64,000 nt of DNA, from NCBI GenBank assembly GCA_044226515.1, contig JBGAGX010000016.1, forward strand, positions 9,658 through 73,657, written 5' to 3'. The notes under the pieces are model-generated. The model saw only the letters and a list, made by a program, of their open reading frames with translations. It ran no database searches and was not told where the DNA came from. Positions 47,825 through 56,555 of the stretch are shown one piece after another. The translations under genes and the position numbers were made by a program. Positions within the stretch are counted from its first letter, which is position 1; each line of letters begins with the position of its first letter. Source of the stretch: Flavobacteriales bacterium (GTDB taxonomy: Bacteria; Bacteroidota; Bacteroidia; Flavobacteriales_F; PHOS-HE28).

Positions 47825-49384
47825 TCAGCGCTTCGCTCCGAGGTCCGCCACCAGCCCGCGTGCCTTCAAGGCCTCATAGGTCCGTTGATCCGCCAGGGTC
47901 CAGCTGCGCCAGTCCTGCGCTTCAAGCCGGGCCATGAACCGGTCGCGCTTGCGGTCCAGGTCGTGGCGGAAGGAACGGGGCTCCAGGTGCTCCACCCAGC
48001 GCACCCGGTTCTCGCGGTGCTTCGCCATCTGGGCCTCCACCTTCGGCAGGTCGTCGTACAGCAGCGGCAGCACCTTGTCGCTCATGGCGAGGTAGTTGTC
48101 CACGTCGATCTCGCCCTGGTTCCAGTGGGCCAGGTTGAAGCGCACGATCACGCCGTCCCAGTTCACCGTGGCCAGGCCCACCAACGCCACGAAGGCCGCC
48201 CAGCCGTTCACGCGCAGCAGGTAGATGAGGGTGCGGCGGCGCTCGATCTTCAGGTACAGGGTCACCAGGCCCACCAGCACGAGCGCCAGGAAGACGATCA
48301 CGCCGATGCGCTTGTAGGCAAGCCCGTGGAAGTGGATGTAGTGGTAATTGCGCAGGAACACCGACACGCCGAGGATGAAGTTCTGCGCGACCCAGGCGGT
48401 GGCCAGCAGGCGCATGCCGCGCTCCTTCGGATGGAAGTTGAGGTTGCCGCGGAACAGGTGCAGCAGGATGGCCATGCTGAGGAGGATGCTGAGGATGAGC
48501 AGCCACGTGCCCTCGTGGACGAACTGCTTCAGGCTGAAGCCTTCCTCCACCGTGAAGCCGAACCACACCCAGGAGATGTCCACCACGTTCACCACAAGGA
48601 GCAGGGCGTTCACGAGCACCAGCAGGATCGTGCCCATGCGCCGTTCGCGATCGAGCGCGCCCATGGCCAGTGCGGGCAGCCATTGCGGGCGCTTGCGGCG
48701 CACGCGCACCAGCGACTCGTTCAGGGGCCATTCCGGCCCGGCGAAAAGGTGCGGCGCGAAGCGGTGCACGAGCGCGGCGCTCACCAGCAGCCCGAAACCG
48801 AGGAAGAACACCCGGGGAGTGAAGAGCTCACCCAGCAGGTCGCCGAGCAGGTCGAACAGGCCGTCCATGAAACCGGCGGTGAGCGCCTCGAACCGTGGAT
48901 TGGCCGCGCGGTAGATGAAGTAGTAGAGGAGCACGATGCCAAGGGGTGCCAGGGCCATCCGGGTCCACCGCCAGCCTGAGCGGGTGGCCGGCAGGTGCTT
49001 GAGGCCATCGTTCAGCAGGCTCACCACGCCCACGGGCGCCATCACCCCGTTGAGGACCGAAGCGGCAAGGGCGACGGGCAGGTTGCGTTGCAGCGGTTCG
49101 AGCATGAGCACCGCGCTCACGGCGAGGCAGGCGAGGGTCGCCACCATGGCCACGATGCTGCCGTGCACCACCAGCATGGAGGCGCTCACCAGCAGCCCGC
49201 CCAGGGCCCAGCGCGCAGCCACCGAGGCATGCCGTCGCAGCGCGAGCGAGGCGCCCACGGCGGCCACGGCGAAGAGCGCTAGGTTGAGCCCGATGCCCTG
49301 CCGCCAGAAGAGGCGGTCGAACAGGATGGCGAGGAGCAGCACCACCAGGGCGGTGCGCACGTCGGCGCGGAGGCGGTCGTTCAT
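47825..49384 (-). CDS. DUF4173/DUF4153 family membrane protein
   Basis: FDRLFW..GIGLNL, Y.AANPRF, VHEG, R..HYI..HGLAYKRI, VNWDG.I.RFN, DVDNYL. Confidence 0.8.
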   Translation of the reverse strand: MNDRLRADVRTALVVLLLAILFDRLFWRQGIGLNLALFAVAAVGASLALRRHASVAARWALGGLLVSASMLVVHGSIVAMVATLACLAVSAVLMLEPLQRNLPVALAASVLNGVMAPVGVVSLLNDGLKHLPATRSGWRWTRMALAPLGIVLLYYFIYRAANPRFEALTAGFMDGLFDLLGDLLGELFTPRVFFLGFGLLVSAALVHRFAPHLFAGPEWPLNESLVRVRRKRPQWLPALAMGALDRERRMGTILLVLVNALLLVVNVVDISWVWFGFTVEEGFSLKQFVHEGTWLLILSILLSMAILLHLFRGNLNFHPKERGMRLLATAWVAQNFILGVSVFLRNYHYIHFHGLAYKRIGVIVFLALVLVGLVTLYLKIERRRTLIYLLRVNGWAAFVALVGLATVNWDGVIVRFNLAHWNQGEIDVDNYLAMSDKVLPLLYDDLPKVEAQMAKHRENRVRWVEHLEPRSFRHDLDRKRDRFMARLEAQDWRSWTLADQRTYEALKARGLVADLGAKR

Positions 49385-49677
49385 TGGCGGAGGTCCTTGT
49401 TCAGCAGTTGATCGATGGCGTCGAGGTGCGCGCGGAACGCCTTCGCGCCGGCGGTGGTGGCCTTGTAGCTGGTGTTGGGGCGCTTGCCCACGAAGCGCTT
49501 CCGCACCTGCACGTACTTCACGCCCTCCAGCGCGGCCAGGTGGCTGGCGAGGTTGCCGTCGGTCACGTTCAGCAGGTCCTTCAGCACCGCATGGTCCACC
49601 CAGTCGTTCACCACCAGCACCGCCATGATGCCGAGCCGAACGCGGCTTTCGAACGCCTTATTGAGCCCGTCGATCAT
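49381..49677 (-). CDS. Winged-helix transcriptional regulator (HTH_34 / MarR-ArsR-like)
   Basis: LNKAFESRVRLGIM.VL, TDGNLASHL..LE, K.FVGKRPNTSY. Confidence 0.9.
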   Translation of the reverse strand: MIDGLNKAFESRVRLGIMAVLVVNDWVDHAVLKDLLNVTDGNLASHLAALEGVKYVQVRKRFVGKRPNTSYKATTAGAKAFRAHLDAIDQLLNKDLRQ

Positions 49678-50345
49678 GCCGCGTCGTTGCCAGCGGATTC
49701 GTGCCGGTACCACATGAGCCCGCCGTACAGGATGTGGAGCACCCCGAAGCCGAGCGCCCAGAACAACAGCCCGGCGCCCACCCAGGCGGTGGCGAGCAGG
49801 CCCAGCACCACCTCGCTGAGGCCGAGCCAGCGGATCTCATCCAGCGTGTACTTCGAGGCGTTCAGCAGCGCGAGCCCATAGAACACCAGCGTGGCCGGGG
49901 CCACCAGCGCCACGTTGCCATGCCAGAGCATGGCCAGGCAGAACAGGCCGCCCGCCACCAGCGGGATCGCCAGGTTCCAGGCGAGGCGCCGGGCCGAAGG
50001 GTCCCACAACCCCTGCCCCACACGCTTCGCCCGGCGCCAGGTGAACCAAGCCGCACCCGCGAGGGCCAGCACGAGCACCAACACCGCCAGCAGCACCAGG
50101 TCCCCCACGGCGCTCAGCGAGGCCCCGTAGAGGGAATGGTCGGGTCCCACCCCCTCCGCGCGCACGCCGATGCCGCCGGTGGAGAGCAGCAGGTCCTCGT
50201 ACCGCTCGCGGGCGACCAGCGCGCCGGCCAGCGCCACCACACCGGCGAACACGCCGCTGAGGCCGCTCAACGAAATGAACCGCGTGCTCCGCTCCATCAG
50301 CCCGCGGATGTGGGCAAGGTCCTGGTGGTGTCCGTCCTGGGTCAT
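49674..50345 (-). CDS. Hypothetical membrane protein preceding the wHTH regulator
   Basis: DL.HIR..MERSTRFISLSGLSG, FYGLAL.NASKYT, FWALGFGVLHILYG. Confidence 0.85.
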   Translation of the reverse strand: MTQDGHHQDLAHIRGLMERSTRFISLSGLSGVFAGVVALAGALVARERYEDLLLSTGGIGVRAEGVGPDHSLYGASLSAVGDLVLLAVLVLVLALAGAAWFTWRRAKRVGQGLWDPSARRLAWNLAIPLVAGGLFCLAMLWHGNVALVAPATLVFYGLALLNASKYTLDEIRWLGLSEVVLGLLATAWVGAGLLFWALGFGVLHILYGGLMWYRHESAGNDAA

Positions 50346-50348
50346 TTT

Positions 50349-50372
50349 CAAAGTACTTTGCAGTTCAAAGTA
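50349..50372. promoter_or_regulatory. Palindromic operator directly upstream of the operon start
   Basis: CAAAGTACTTTG (50349-50360) overlapping TACTTTG-N5-CAAAGTA (50354-50372). Confidence 0.7.
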
Positions 50373-50417
50373 AAGAACGCCGGAACGATAAGGCAAGTAT
50401 GCGGGGCGGAAAAAAGA

Positions 50418-51119
50418 TCAGTGCACCATCCAGAGCGCCAGGAAGGCGCCGGTGAGCACGGCGGCGAAGCGCTGCAGGTTGAAGCGGTGCTCGGGCGTGG
50501 TCTCGAAGATGATGGTGGTGCCGATGTGGAGCAGCATGCCGATGGCCACGGCGAGCGCACGGTGCAGGAAGGCCTCGCCGAGGCCGTTGCCGCCGGCCAC
50601 GCCCACCGCGATGCCGGCCGGCGCGGCGAGGGCGAACACCACCAGCATGGCCCAACTTCGCAAGGCCGGCACCTGGCTGCGCTGCAGCACGGTGGCCAGG
50701 GCGATGGCCATGGGCAGCTTGTGCATCAGTACGCCAAGCAGGAAGGGCAGGTCGCCATGCACATGCGCATCGGCGAAGGGCATGCCTTCGGTGAACGAGT
50801 GCAGGCAGAGGCTGGCGAGCGTGAGCCACGGCAGGGCCTTGCCCGGTGTCACATGCACGTGTCCGTGCTCGATGCCATGGCTGAAGAACTCAAGCACCAC
50901 CTGCAGCATGAAGCCGCCGAGCAGCCAGGGCCCCACACCCTCGCCGGCCAGTTGATACAGCTCGGGCATCATGTGGGCCAGCGCCACGCTGAGCAGGAAG
51001 GATCCACTGAAGGCGAGCAGCAACCGCATGGCGATCGTGCCCGGCTTGCTGAACTGCACCAGCGCACCGGCCGCCAGCGGCAGCAGCAGGAACAGAACGA
51101 TGGTCGCGTTCAGGCTCAT
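50418..51119 (-). CDS. ZIP-family divalent metal transporter
   Basis: LLAFSGSFLL, GIEHGHVH, LHSFTEG, MHKLP, LHIGTTIIFE. Confidence 0.9.
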   Translation of the reverse strand: MSLNATIVLFLLLPLAAGALVQFSKPGTIAMRLLLAFSGSFLLSVALAHMMPELYQLAGEGVGPWLLGGFMLQVVLEFFSHGIEHGHVHVTPGKALPWLTLASLCLHSFTEGMPFADAHVHGDLPFLLGVLMHKLPMAIALATVLQRSQVPALRSWAMLVVFALAAPAGIAVGVAGGNGLGEAFLHRALAVAIGMLLHIGTTIIFETTPEHRFNLQRFAAVLTGAFLALWMVH

Positions 51120-51844
51120 GCGAGGGGGCGTTGGGCCCAGAGCACCAGGCGCTGTGAGCGGTCCGGATCGAACGGATCGGGCACGGGGCCGTCGGTGCGG
51201 TCGTGCACCAGGAAGCCGGCATCCCGCAACAACGTCTCCAGCTGATCGGGCATCAGCGCGGCCACGCGCTCCTCGAAGTGATGCTCCTCGCCGCCGTCCT
51301 TCACGGTGATGCGCTTCACCACCTGACCGTTCTCCACGCCGCGTTCAATGGTGAACCGGAGCCCCCCGGCCGGGACGCACTCGCTCGCCACGAGCTCCTT
51401 CAGCACGCGGGCGGTGTTCATGAAGTCGAGCACGAAATGGCCACCGGGACGCAGGGCGGCGAAAGCGGCCTTCAGCGCATCGCGGTCATCGTTCAGGTCG
51501 GCGGAATAGCCCAGGCTGGTGAAGAGGCACACCACCAGGTCGAACCGACCCTCGGCGAACGGACGGCGGATGTCGTGCACCGCGAACGTGGCGGTGGGCA
51601 CCTCGCGGGCAGCCTCGGCGATGCTCTCAGCGGAGAGGTCGATGCCGGTGACCCGGCAGCCGGCCTCGGCGAACCAGCGGGCATGCCGACCGCGCCCGCA
51701 GGCCATGTCGAGCACGGCGGCCTGAGGTCCCACGCCGGTGCGGTCCAGGATGGTGCGCACCCAGGCCTCGGCATCATCGTGGTCGCGATGGCCGTAGAGC
51801 AGCTTGTAGTAGGGCGTTCCGAACCAGGTGCGGTACCAGGCCAT
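51116..51844 (-). CDS. Class I SAM-dependent methyltransferase
   Basis: WF.TPYY..LY.HRD, VLDMACGRGRH, GIDLS, LFTSLGY, LDFMN. Confidence 0.9.
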   Translation of the reverse strand: MAWYRTWFGTPYYKLLYGHRDHDDAEAWVRTILDRTGVGPQAAVLDMACGRGRHARWFAEAGCRVTGIDLSAESIAEAAREVPTATFAVHDIRRPFAEGRFDLVVCLFTSLGYSADLNDDRDALKAAFAALRPGGHFVLDFMNTARVLKELVASECVPAGGLRFTIERGVENGQVVKRITVKDGGEEHHFEERVAALMPDQLETLLRDAGFLVHDRTDGPVPDPFDPDRSQRLVLWAQRPLA

Positions 51845-51985
51845 GCGCGGGGCGGAAAGGCCGCCGAAAGTACGGCTTCGCATCCGGCACCGCGGGTTGA
51901 CAAGTCCGTGGAAAACTCGGGGCCCGCCGGCAGGCCTTCCCGAGCGGACGGATGGACCTTTGATCGGTACGCTCCGCGGCCCCGC

Positions 51986-52534
51986 ATGCTCCACCGCATC
52001 CTCGACCTGTACAGCGACCTCGAACGGCAGCGCATCCTGCTCTCGTTCGTGGGCGACCTCACGCCCGACCTGGTGACGGCGCTGCTGGGCATGGTGGAGC
52101 GGAAGATGGAGCTCATCGAGCCCGACCACCGGCTGCGCAAGCGGGTGTTCAACGTGGTGATGGAGTGCTTGCAGAACCTCTACCACCACGGTGCGCAGCG
52201 CGCGGCCCTCGCCCGCGATGCGGAGGACGCCCAGGGCGTGGTGATGATCGCCCAGGCCCGGCAGGGTTACTCGGTGCTCACCGGCAATTTCATGGACCGC
52301 ACCGATGTGGAGCGGCTCCGCGCCCGCCTCGACGAGGTGAACGCGCTGGGCGCCGACGGGCTCCGCGAGCTCTACAAGGAGAAGCTCGCCAACGGCCGCT
52401 ACTCCCCCACCGGTGGCGGCGGGCTCGGCCTCATCGACATCGCACGCCGCAGCGGCACCAAGCTCGAGTACGGCTTCGTGCCCTACAGCGAGCAGCGCAC
52501 CTTCTTCAGCCTCAACGTCAACGTTCCATCCTGA
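51986..52534 (+). CDS. siaB: SiaB-family protein kinase
   Basis: LSFVGD, KRVFNVVMECLQNLYHH, TGN, LRELYKE.L, GGGGLGLIDIARRSG. Confidence 0.82.
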   Translation: MLHRILDLYSDLERQRILLSFVGDLTPDLVTALLGMVERKMELIEPDHRLRKRVFNVVMECLQNLYHHGAQRAALARDAEDAQGVVMIAQARQGYSVLTGNFMDRTDVERLRARLDEVNALGADGLRELYKEKLANGRYSPTGGGGLGLIDIARRSGTKLEYGFVPYSEQRTFFSLNVNVPS

Positions 52535-52539
52535 CCGCC

Positions 52540-52932
52540 ATGTCCGCATTCATCCTCGAAGGTTCCCCCAAGACCCCCACCGTGCTGTTCGACGACGCCA
52601 CGGGCCGCCTGGAGCTCAAGGGCCGCTCCATCCCCGAGAACTCCATCGAGTTCTACAAGCCCATGATCGATTGGATCGACCAGTACGCCCGCGACCCGCG
52701 GCCCGGCACCTCGCTGCACGTTCAGCTGGAGTACTTCAACACCAGCAGCAGCAAGTGCATCCTGGACCTGTTCAAGAAGCTGGAGCTGGTGCGCGCCACG
52801 GGCAACGAGGTCACCGTGTACTGGCATTACGAGGCCGACGACGAGGACATGCTCGAGGCGGGCGAGGACTACCAGGCCATCATCAACATCCCCTTCAAGA
52901 TGATCCAGATCGAGGAGGTGGACGGGAAGTAG
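52540..52932 (+). CDS. siaC: SiaC-family (DUF1987) phospho-acceptor protein
   Basis: KTPTV.FD, GRSIPEN..EFY.P, LEYFNTSSSK, W.YE.DDEDM.E.GEDY. Confidence 0.88.
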   Translation: MSAFILEGSPKTPTVLFDDATGRLELKGRSIPENSIEFYKPMIDWIDQYARDPRPGTSLHVQLEYFNTSSSKCILDLFKKLELVRATGNEVTVYWHYEADDEDMLEAGEDYQAIINIPFKMIQIEEVDGK

Positions 52933-52956
52933 TCGACCTCACACCCTTGCATCAGG

Positions 52957-52981
52957 AAGCCCCGCCCAACAGCGGGGCTTT
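52957..52981. terminator. Terminator between convergent siaC and the ABC transporter gene
   Basis: AAGCCCCGC-CCAACA-GCGGGGCTTT hairpin. Confidence 0.7.
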
Positions 52982-55900
52982 CACTTGCCCATGTCCCACG
53001 GCTTGCGGCTGAGCCGCTCGATGGCCTTGGGGAAGAGGTTGGTGTAGAGCGTGAGGGCGAAGAGCAGGCTCATGCCCCACAGCACCATCACGTTGGCCCA
53101 GGCGGTGGGCAGGCGCAGGCCGAACAGGCGCTTCACCGGGGCGTAGAAGTGGGCGCCGAAGAAGCGGTCGGAAACGGGCTCGAGGTACACGGGATCGCTC
53201 TTCTGCACCAGCTCGCCGTCCGACTCCACGATCACGTTCACGTCGTTCTTGTTGGTCACGAAATCGGCGAGGCTCTCGTTGCGCTGGGCGTTCAGCAACG
53301 CGAAGTAGGCCGCGCGGCCCTCCGGGGTGCGCGTCAGCTCGGCGATGCGCTTCTCCTTGGCCTGCTCGGCGAGCTTGTAGCTGTTGCGGTAGTGCTGGGT
53401 GAGCGTGTTGAGCGCGCGGTCCACCTCTTCGAGCAGGGCCGCGTCCACCTCGCCGGGCACCAGGCGCTCCAGGCCGGGCACGTTGAAGCCGCGCAGCGCC
53501 TTCATCTCCTTGCCCAGCTCGGTGCGCACCAGGGCGAGGTCATTCGCCACCACATCGGCCTTGGCGGGATCGCCGAGGTTGCGTCGCACCTCGTTCACGC
53601 GGTTGCCCAGCTCGCGCACCCACAGGTCCTTCTTCCAATTGCTGGTCTTCATCCGCTGGTCGAAGGCGAAGAAGTTCTGTTCGTAGGTGTTGTTCACGTA
53701 GCGGTCCACGGCCAGGCCCTCATAGGCCCAGCGGCTGGCCATCACGTTGCCGATCCAGGGCACGCTCTTCTCGCTGGCGAACCAGGGGTGCAGCTTGTCG
53801 AACCGCACGATGATGCCGCTGAAGAGCAGCTGCGGGATGATGAGGACCGGGATGAGGATGTAGATGACCTTGGCGCTGTTGAAGCTGGCGCTGACGTTGA
53901 GGCCGAGCACGTTGGCGAAGCAGCTGGTGCTGAACAGCAGCGCCCAGTGCGTGAAGCCGAGGCCCTCGATGTGCAGGATGCGGTTGCCCACCACCACGAA
54001 CAGCAACGTCTGGATGGCGCTGATGAGGAAGAGGATGCCGACCTTGCTGTAGAGGTAGCTGGCCCAGCTGAGGTCGAGGAACTTCTCGCGGGCCAGGATC
54101 TTGCGGTCGCGGATGATCTCCTCGGCGGCCACGGTGAGCCCCAGGAAGAGCGCCACGATCACCGAGATGAAGAGGAACTGCGGGATGTTGTCGTTCTGCC
54201 GGTACGCATAGCCCTCGGCGCCACCGGTGTAGCGCAGGAAGAAGGCCAGGATGAAGGCCAGCGCCGGCGCCTCGAGCAGGTTGATGAGCACGTACTGCCG
54301 GTTGGCCAGCTTGGCCAGCAGGTCGCGCTTGAAGTACACGTAGAGCTGGGCGATCCAGCCCGGTGCCTTGAAGGTGCTCCTGGGCACCTCGGTGGCGTTG
54401 GGCACGGCGGCCACGCGGCATTCCATCTGCGCACGGAACACCTCGTTCCAGGCCTCGGGACTGATGCGGCGCTGGTCGGTCTCGTTGCCGTACTCGTCCA
54501 CGAGCTTCGCCTCCAGGATGTTGAAGATCTGCTCGGGGTTCACGTTGCCGCAGGCGGTGCACTGGCCCAGGTCGCTGTTCACCTGCCCGGTCACCTTCTT
54601 GAAGTACACCACCGCGTCCACGGGGTCGCCGTAGTACACCGGATGCCCCTCCTGGTCCATGAGCAGCAGGCGGTCGAAGAGCTTGAAGATCTCGGAGCTC
54701 GGCTGGTGGATCACCACGAACACGATGCGCCCCTTGAGCGCGAGCTCCTTGAGCAGGTCCATGATGTTCTCCGAATCGCGCGAGCTGAGCCCGCTGGTGG
54801 GCTCGTCCACGAAGAGCACACTGGGCTCGCGGATGAGCTCCAGGGCGATGTTGAGGCGCTTGCGCTGGCCGCCGCTGATGGTCTTCTCCAACGGGCTGCC
54901 CACCTTCAGGTCCTTGGTGTCGTACAGGCCCAGGCTCTGCAGCAGGCGCAGCACGCGCTGGGTGATCTGCTCCTTGTTCTGGTCGCCGAAGCTGAGCCGG
55001 GCGTTGTAGAACAGGTTCTGGAATACGGTCAGCTCCTCGATGAGCAGGTCGTCCTGGCTCACGTGGCCGATCACGCCCTGGATGCGGTCACGCTCGGTGT
55101 GCACATCGACCCCGTTGATGGTGACGCGGCCCTGGCTGGGCTTGAGGTTGCCGTTGAGCACATTGAGCAGGGTGCTCTTGCCGCTGCCGCTGCCGCCCAT
55201 GATGCCGATGAGCTTGCCGCTGGTCTCGGCCATGTGCAGCTCGTGGAGCCCGAGTCTTCCATTGGGGAAGGTGTACTCGATGCCTTCGGCCTTGAAAACG
55301 ATGTTGGAGCGGCCCTTGCCCTCGAGGAAGCTGGCGAGGATGTCGCTGTAGTAGATGGGCTGGCCACTGGGGGGCCGCACGCTGCTCCCGTTGCCGAGCA
55401 CATAGGGCTGCTCGCTGCTGATGGGCTGGCCGTTGAGCAGCACACGATCGTTGCCCAGGTAGCGCAGCACGTAGAGGTTCACGCTGGGGATGTGCAGCAC
55501 GCGCATCTCCCCGTTGAGCCCGTGGGCGTGGAGATGACGCGCCTTGCCCATGGCGTTGTGCTCGCGCGCATCGATGTAGAGCAGGTGCGGGGCGTCCTCG
55601 CGTTCGCGTGCCAGGGTGTCCACGAAGGCACGGCACTGCCTGAACTCCGCGGTGCCGATGTTGAAGGTCTCGGCCACGGTGGTCACGAACTCCAGCTCCT
55701 GTTCGCCCACCTCGCCGCTCGCATGGATGAACTCGAGCAGGTGCACCAGCACCACGAACTTCTGCCGCTGGGTGAGCTCCTCGTTCACCTGGGTGCAGAT
55801 CTTGAGGACCTTGACGGAATTGAGGGAGGTGCGCTTGCGGCCCTTCTGGCTGGCGCCTCCGCTGGAGCGGTAGGCGGCCACGAAGGCCTCGAAGGTGGAG

Positions 55901-56049
55901 AGATGGCCGGCGGCGGCCTCGGCCGTGAACTGCTGCCGAAGGAAGCGCGATACGATGGCCGCTCCCGAGCGCCCGGCGGCCGATGTGCCGTCGACCTTCG
56001 CGATGATCGCGAAGAGCTGCAGCAGGGCCTTGAGGATCTTTTCGCTCAT
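52981..56049 (-). CDS. ABCG/White-like transporter (N-terminal TerB-like region, NBD, ABC-2 TMD, large extracytoplasmic domain)
   Basis: GGSGSGKST, ISGGQRKRLNIALEL, VDEPTSGL, IHQPS; TMD EIIRDR.IL.RE, IIPQLLFSG, SRWAYE. Confidence 0.85.
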   Translation of the reverse strand: MSEKILKALLQLFAIIAKVDGTSAAGRSGAAIVSRFLRQQFTAEAAAGHLSTFEAFVAAYRSSGGASQKGRKRTSLNSVKVLKICTQVNEELTQRQKFVVLVHLLEFIHASGEVGEQELEFVTTVAETFNIGTAEFRQCRAFVDTLAREREDAPHLLYIDAREHNAMGKARHLHAHGLNGEMRVLHIPSVNLYVLRYLGNDRVLLNGQPISSEQPYVLGNGSSVRPPSGQPIYYSDILASFLEGKGRSNIVFKAEGIEYTFPNGRLGLHELHMAETSGKLIGIMGGSGSGKSTLLNVLNGNLKPSQGRVTINGVDVHTERDRIQGVIGHVSQDDLLIEELTVFQNLFYNARLSFGDQNKEQITQRVLRLLQSLGLYDTKDLKVGSPLEKTISGGQRKRLNIALELIREPSVLFVDEPTSGLSSRDSENIMDLLKELALKGRIVFVVIHQPSSEIFKLFDRLLLMDQEGHPVYYGDPVDAVVYFKKVTGQVNSDLGQCTACGNVNPEQIFNILEAKLVDEYGNETDQRRISPEAWNEVFRAQMECRVAAVPNATEVPRSTFKAPGWIAQLYVYFKRDLLAKLANRQYVLINLLEAPALAFILAFFLRYTGGAEGYAYRQNDNIPQFLFISVIVALFLGLTVAAEEIIRDRKILAREKFLDLSWASYLYSKVGILFLISAIQTLLFVVVGNRILHIEGLGFTHWALLFSTSCFANVLGLNVSASFNSAKVIYILIPVLIIPQLLFSGIIVRFDKLHPWFASEKSVPWIGNVMASRWAYEGLAVDRYVNNTYEQNFFAFDQRMKTSNWKKDLWVRELGNRVNEVRRNLGDPAKADVVANDLALVRTELGKEMKALRGFNVPGLERLVPGEVDAALLEEVDRALNTLTQHYRNSYKLAEQAKEKRIAELTRTPEGRAAYFALLNAQRNESLADFVTNKNDVNVIVESDGELVQKSDPVYLEPVSDRFFGAHFYAPVKRLFGLRLPTAWANVMVLWGMSLLFALTLYTNLFPKAIERLSRKPWDMGK

Positions 56050-56133
56050 GGGGACGCGGTCCGTACGGAAAATGGAACGGCCCCTCTGTACGAAGGGGCC
56101 GCCCAAAGGTTCCGCCGGGACCCGCCCGGGGCG

Positions 56134-56553
56134 TTATTTCCTGAATCCGATGAGCAGCACGGCGCAGCCGGAGCCCAGCTTGGAGGGGTCGAGCTGGGCC
56201 TCGATGGTCACATCGATGGTGTTGGCCACGGCCAGGTCCCAGTAGGGGTCGTTGCCGAACTCCCGGTTGGTGAACAGCACGTTGCGCTCCCGGTCATACA
56301 CCGTGAAGATCAGGTTGCGGTCGGTGAGCCCGCTGCAGGCCGCCACCCGGTAGGTCGTGCCACCGAACAGGGTAAGCCCGAACTCGGCCACCTCGTCGCC
56401 CGTGAGGAGCGCACGGTAGAACTGGCCATCGGGGATGTAATTGCGGGTGATGTGCTTCTCGCAGAGCGAGGCGATGGTATCGCATTGGGCCTTGGCGCCG
56501 GCCGGCAGCAGGACCGTGAGCACGAGGGCGGGAAGGAACTTGCGCAGGTTCAT
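56134..56553 (-). CDS. Small secreted hypothetical protein
   Basis: Signal peptide AKA-Q, four Cys, DGQFYRA, YRVAAC, GCAVLLIGF. Confidence 0.8.
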   Translation of the reverse strand: MNLRKFLPALVLTVLLPAGAKAQCDTIASLCEKHITRNYIPDGQFYRALLTGDEVAEFGLTLFGGTTYRVAACSGLTDRNLIFTVYDRERNVLFTNREFGNDPYWDLAVANTIDVTIEAQLDPSKLGSGCAVLLIGFRK

Positions 56554-56555
56554 GG

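Noticed and set aside
51890-51918. DnaA-box-like 9-mers (GGTTGACAA, CGTGGAAAA); also TTTTCAACA near 57545
   Set aside because: Degenerate and isolated, with no AT-rich unwinding element or origin-associated genes
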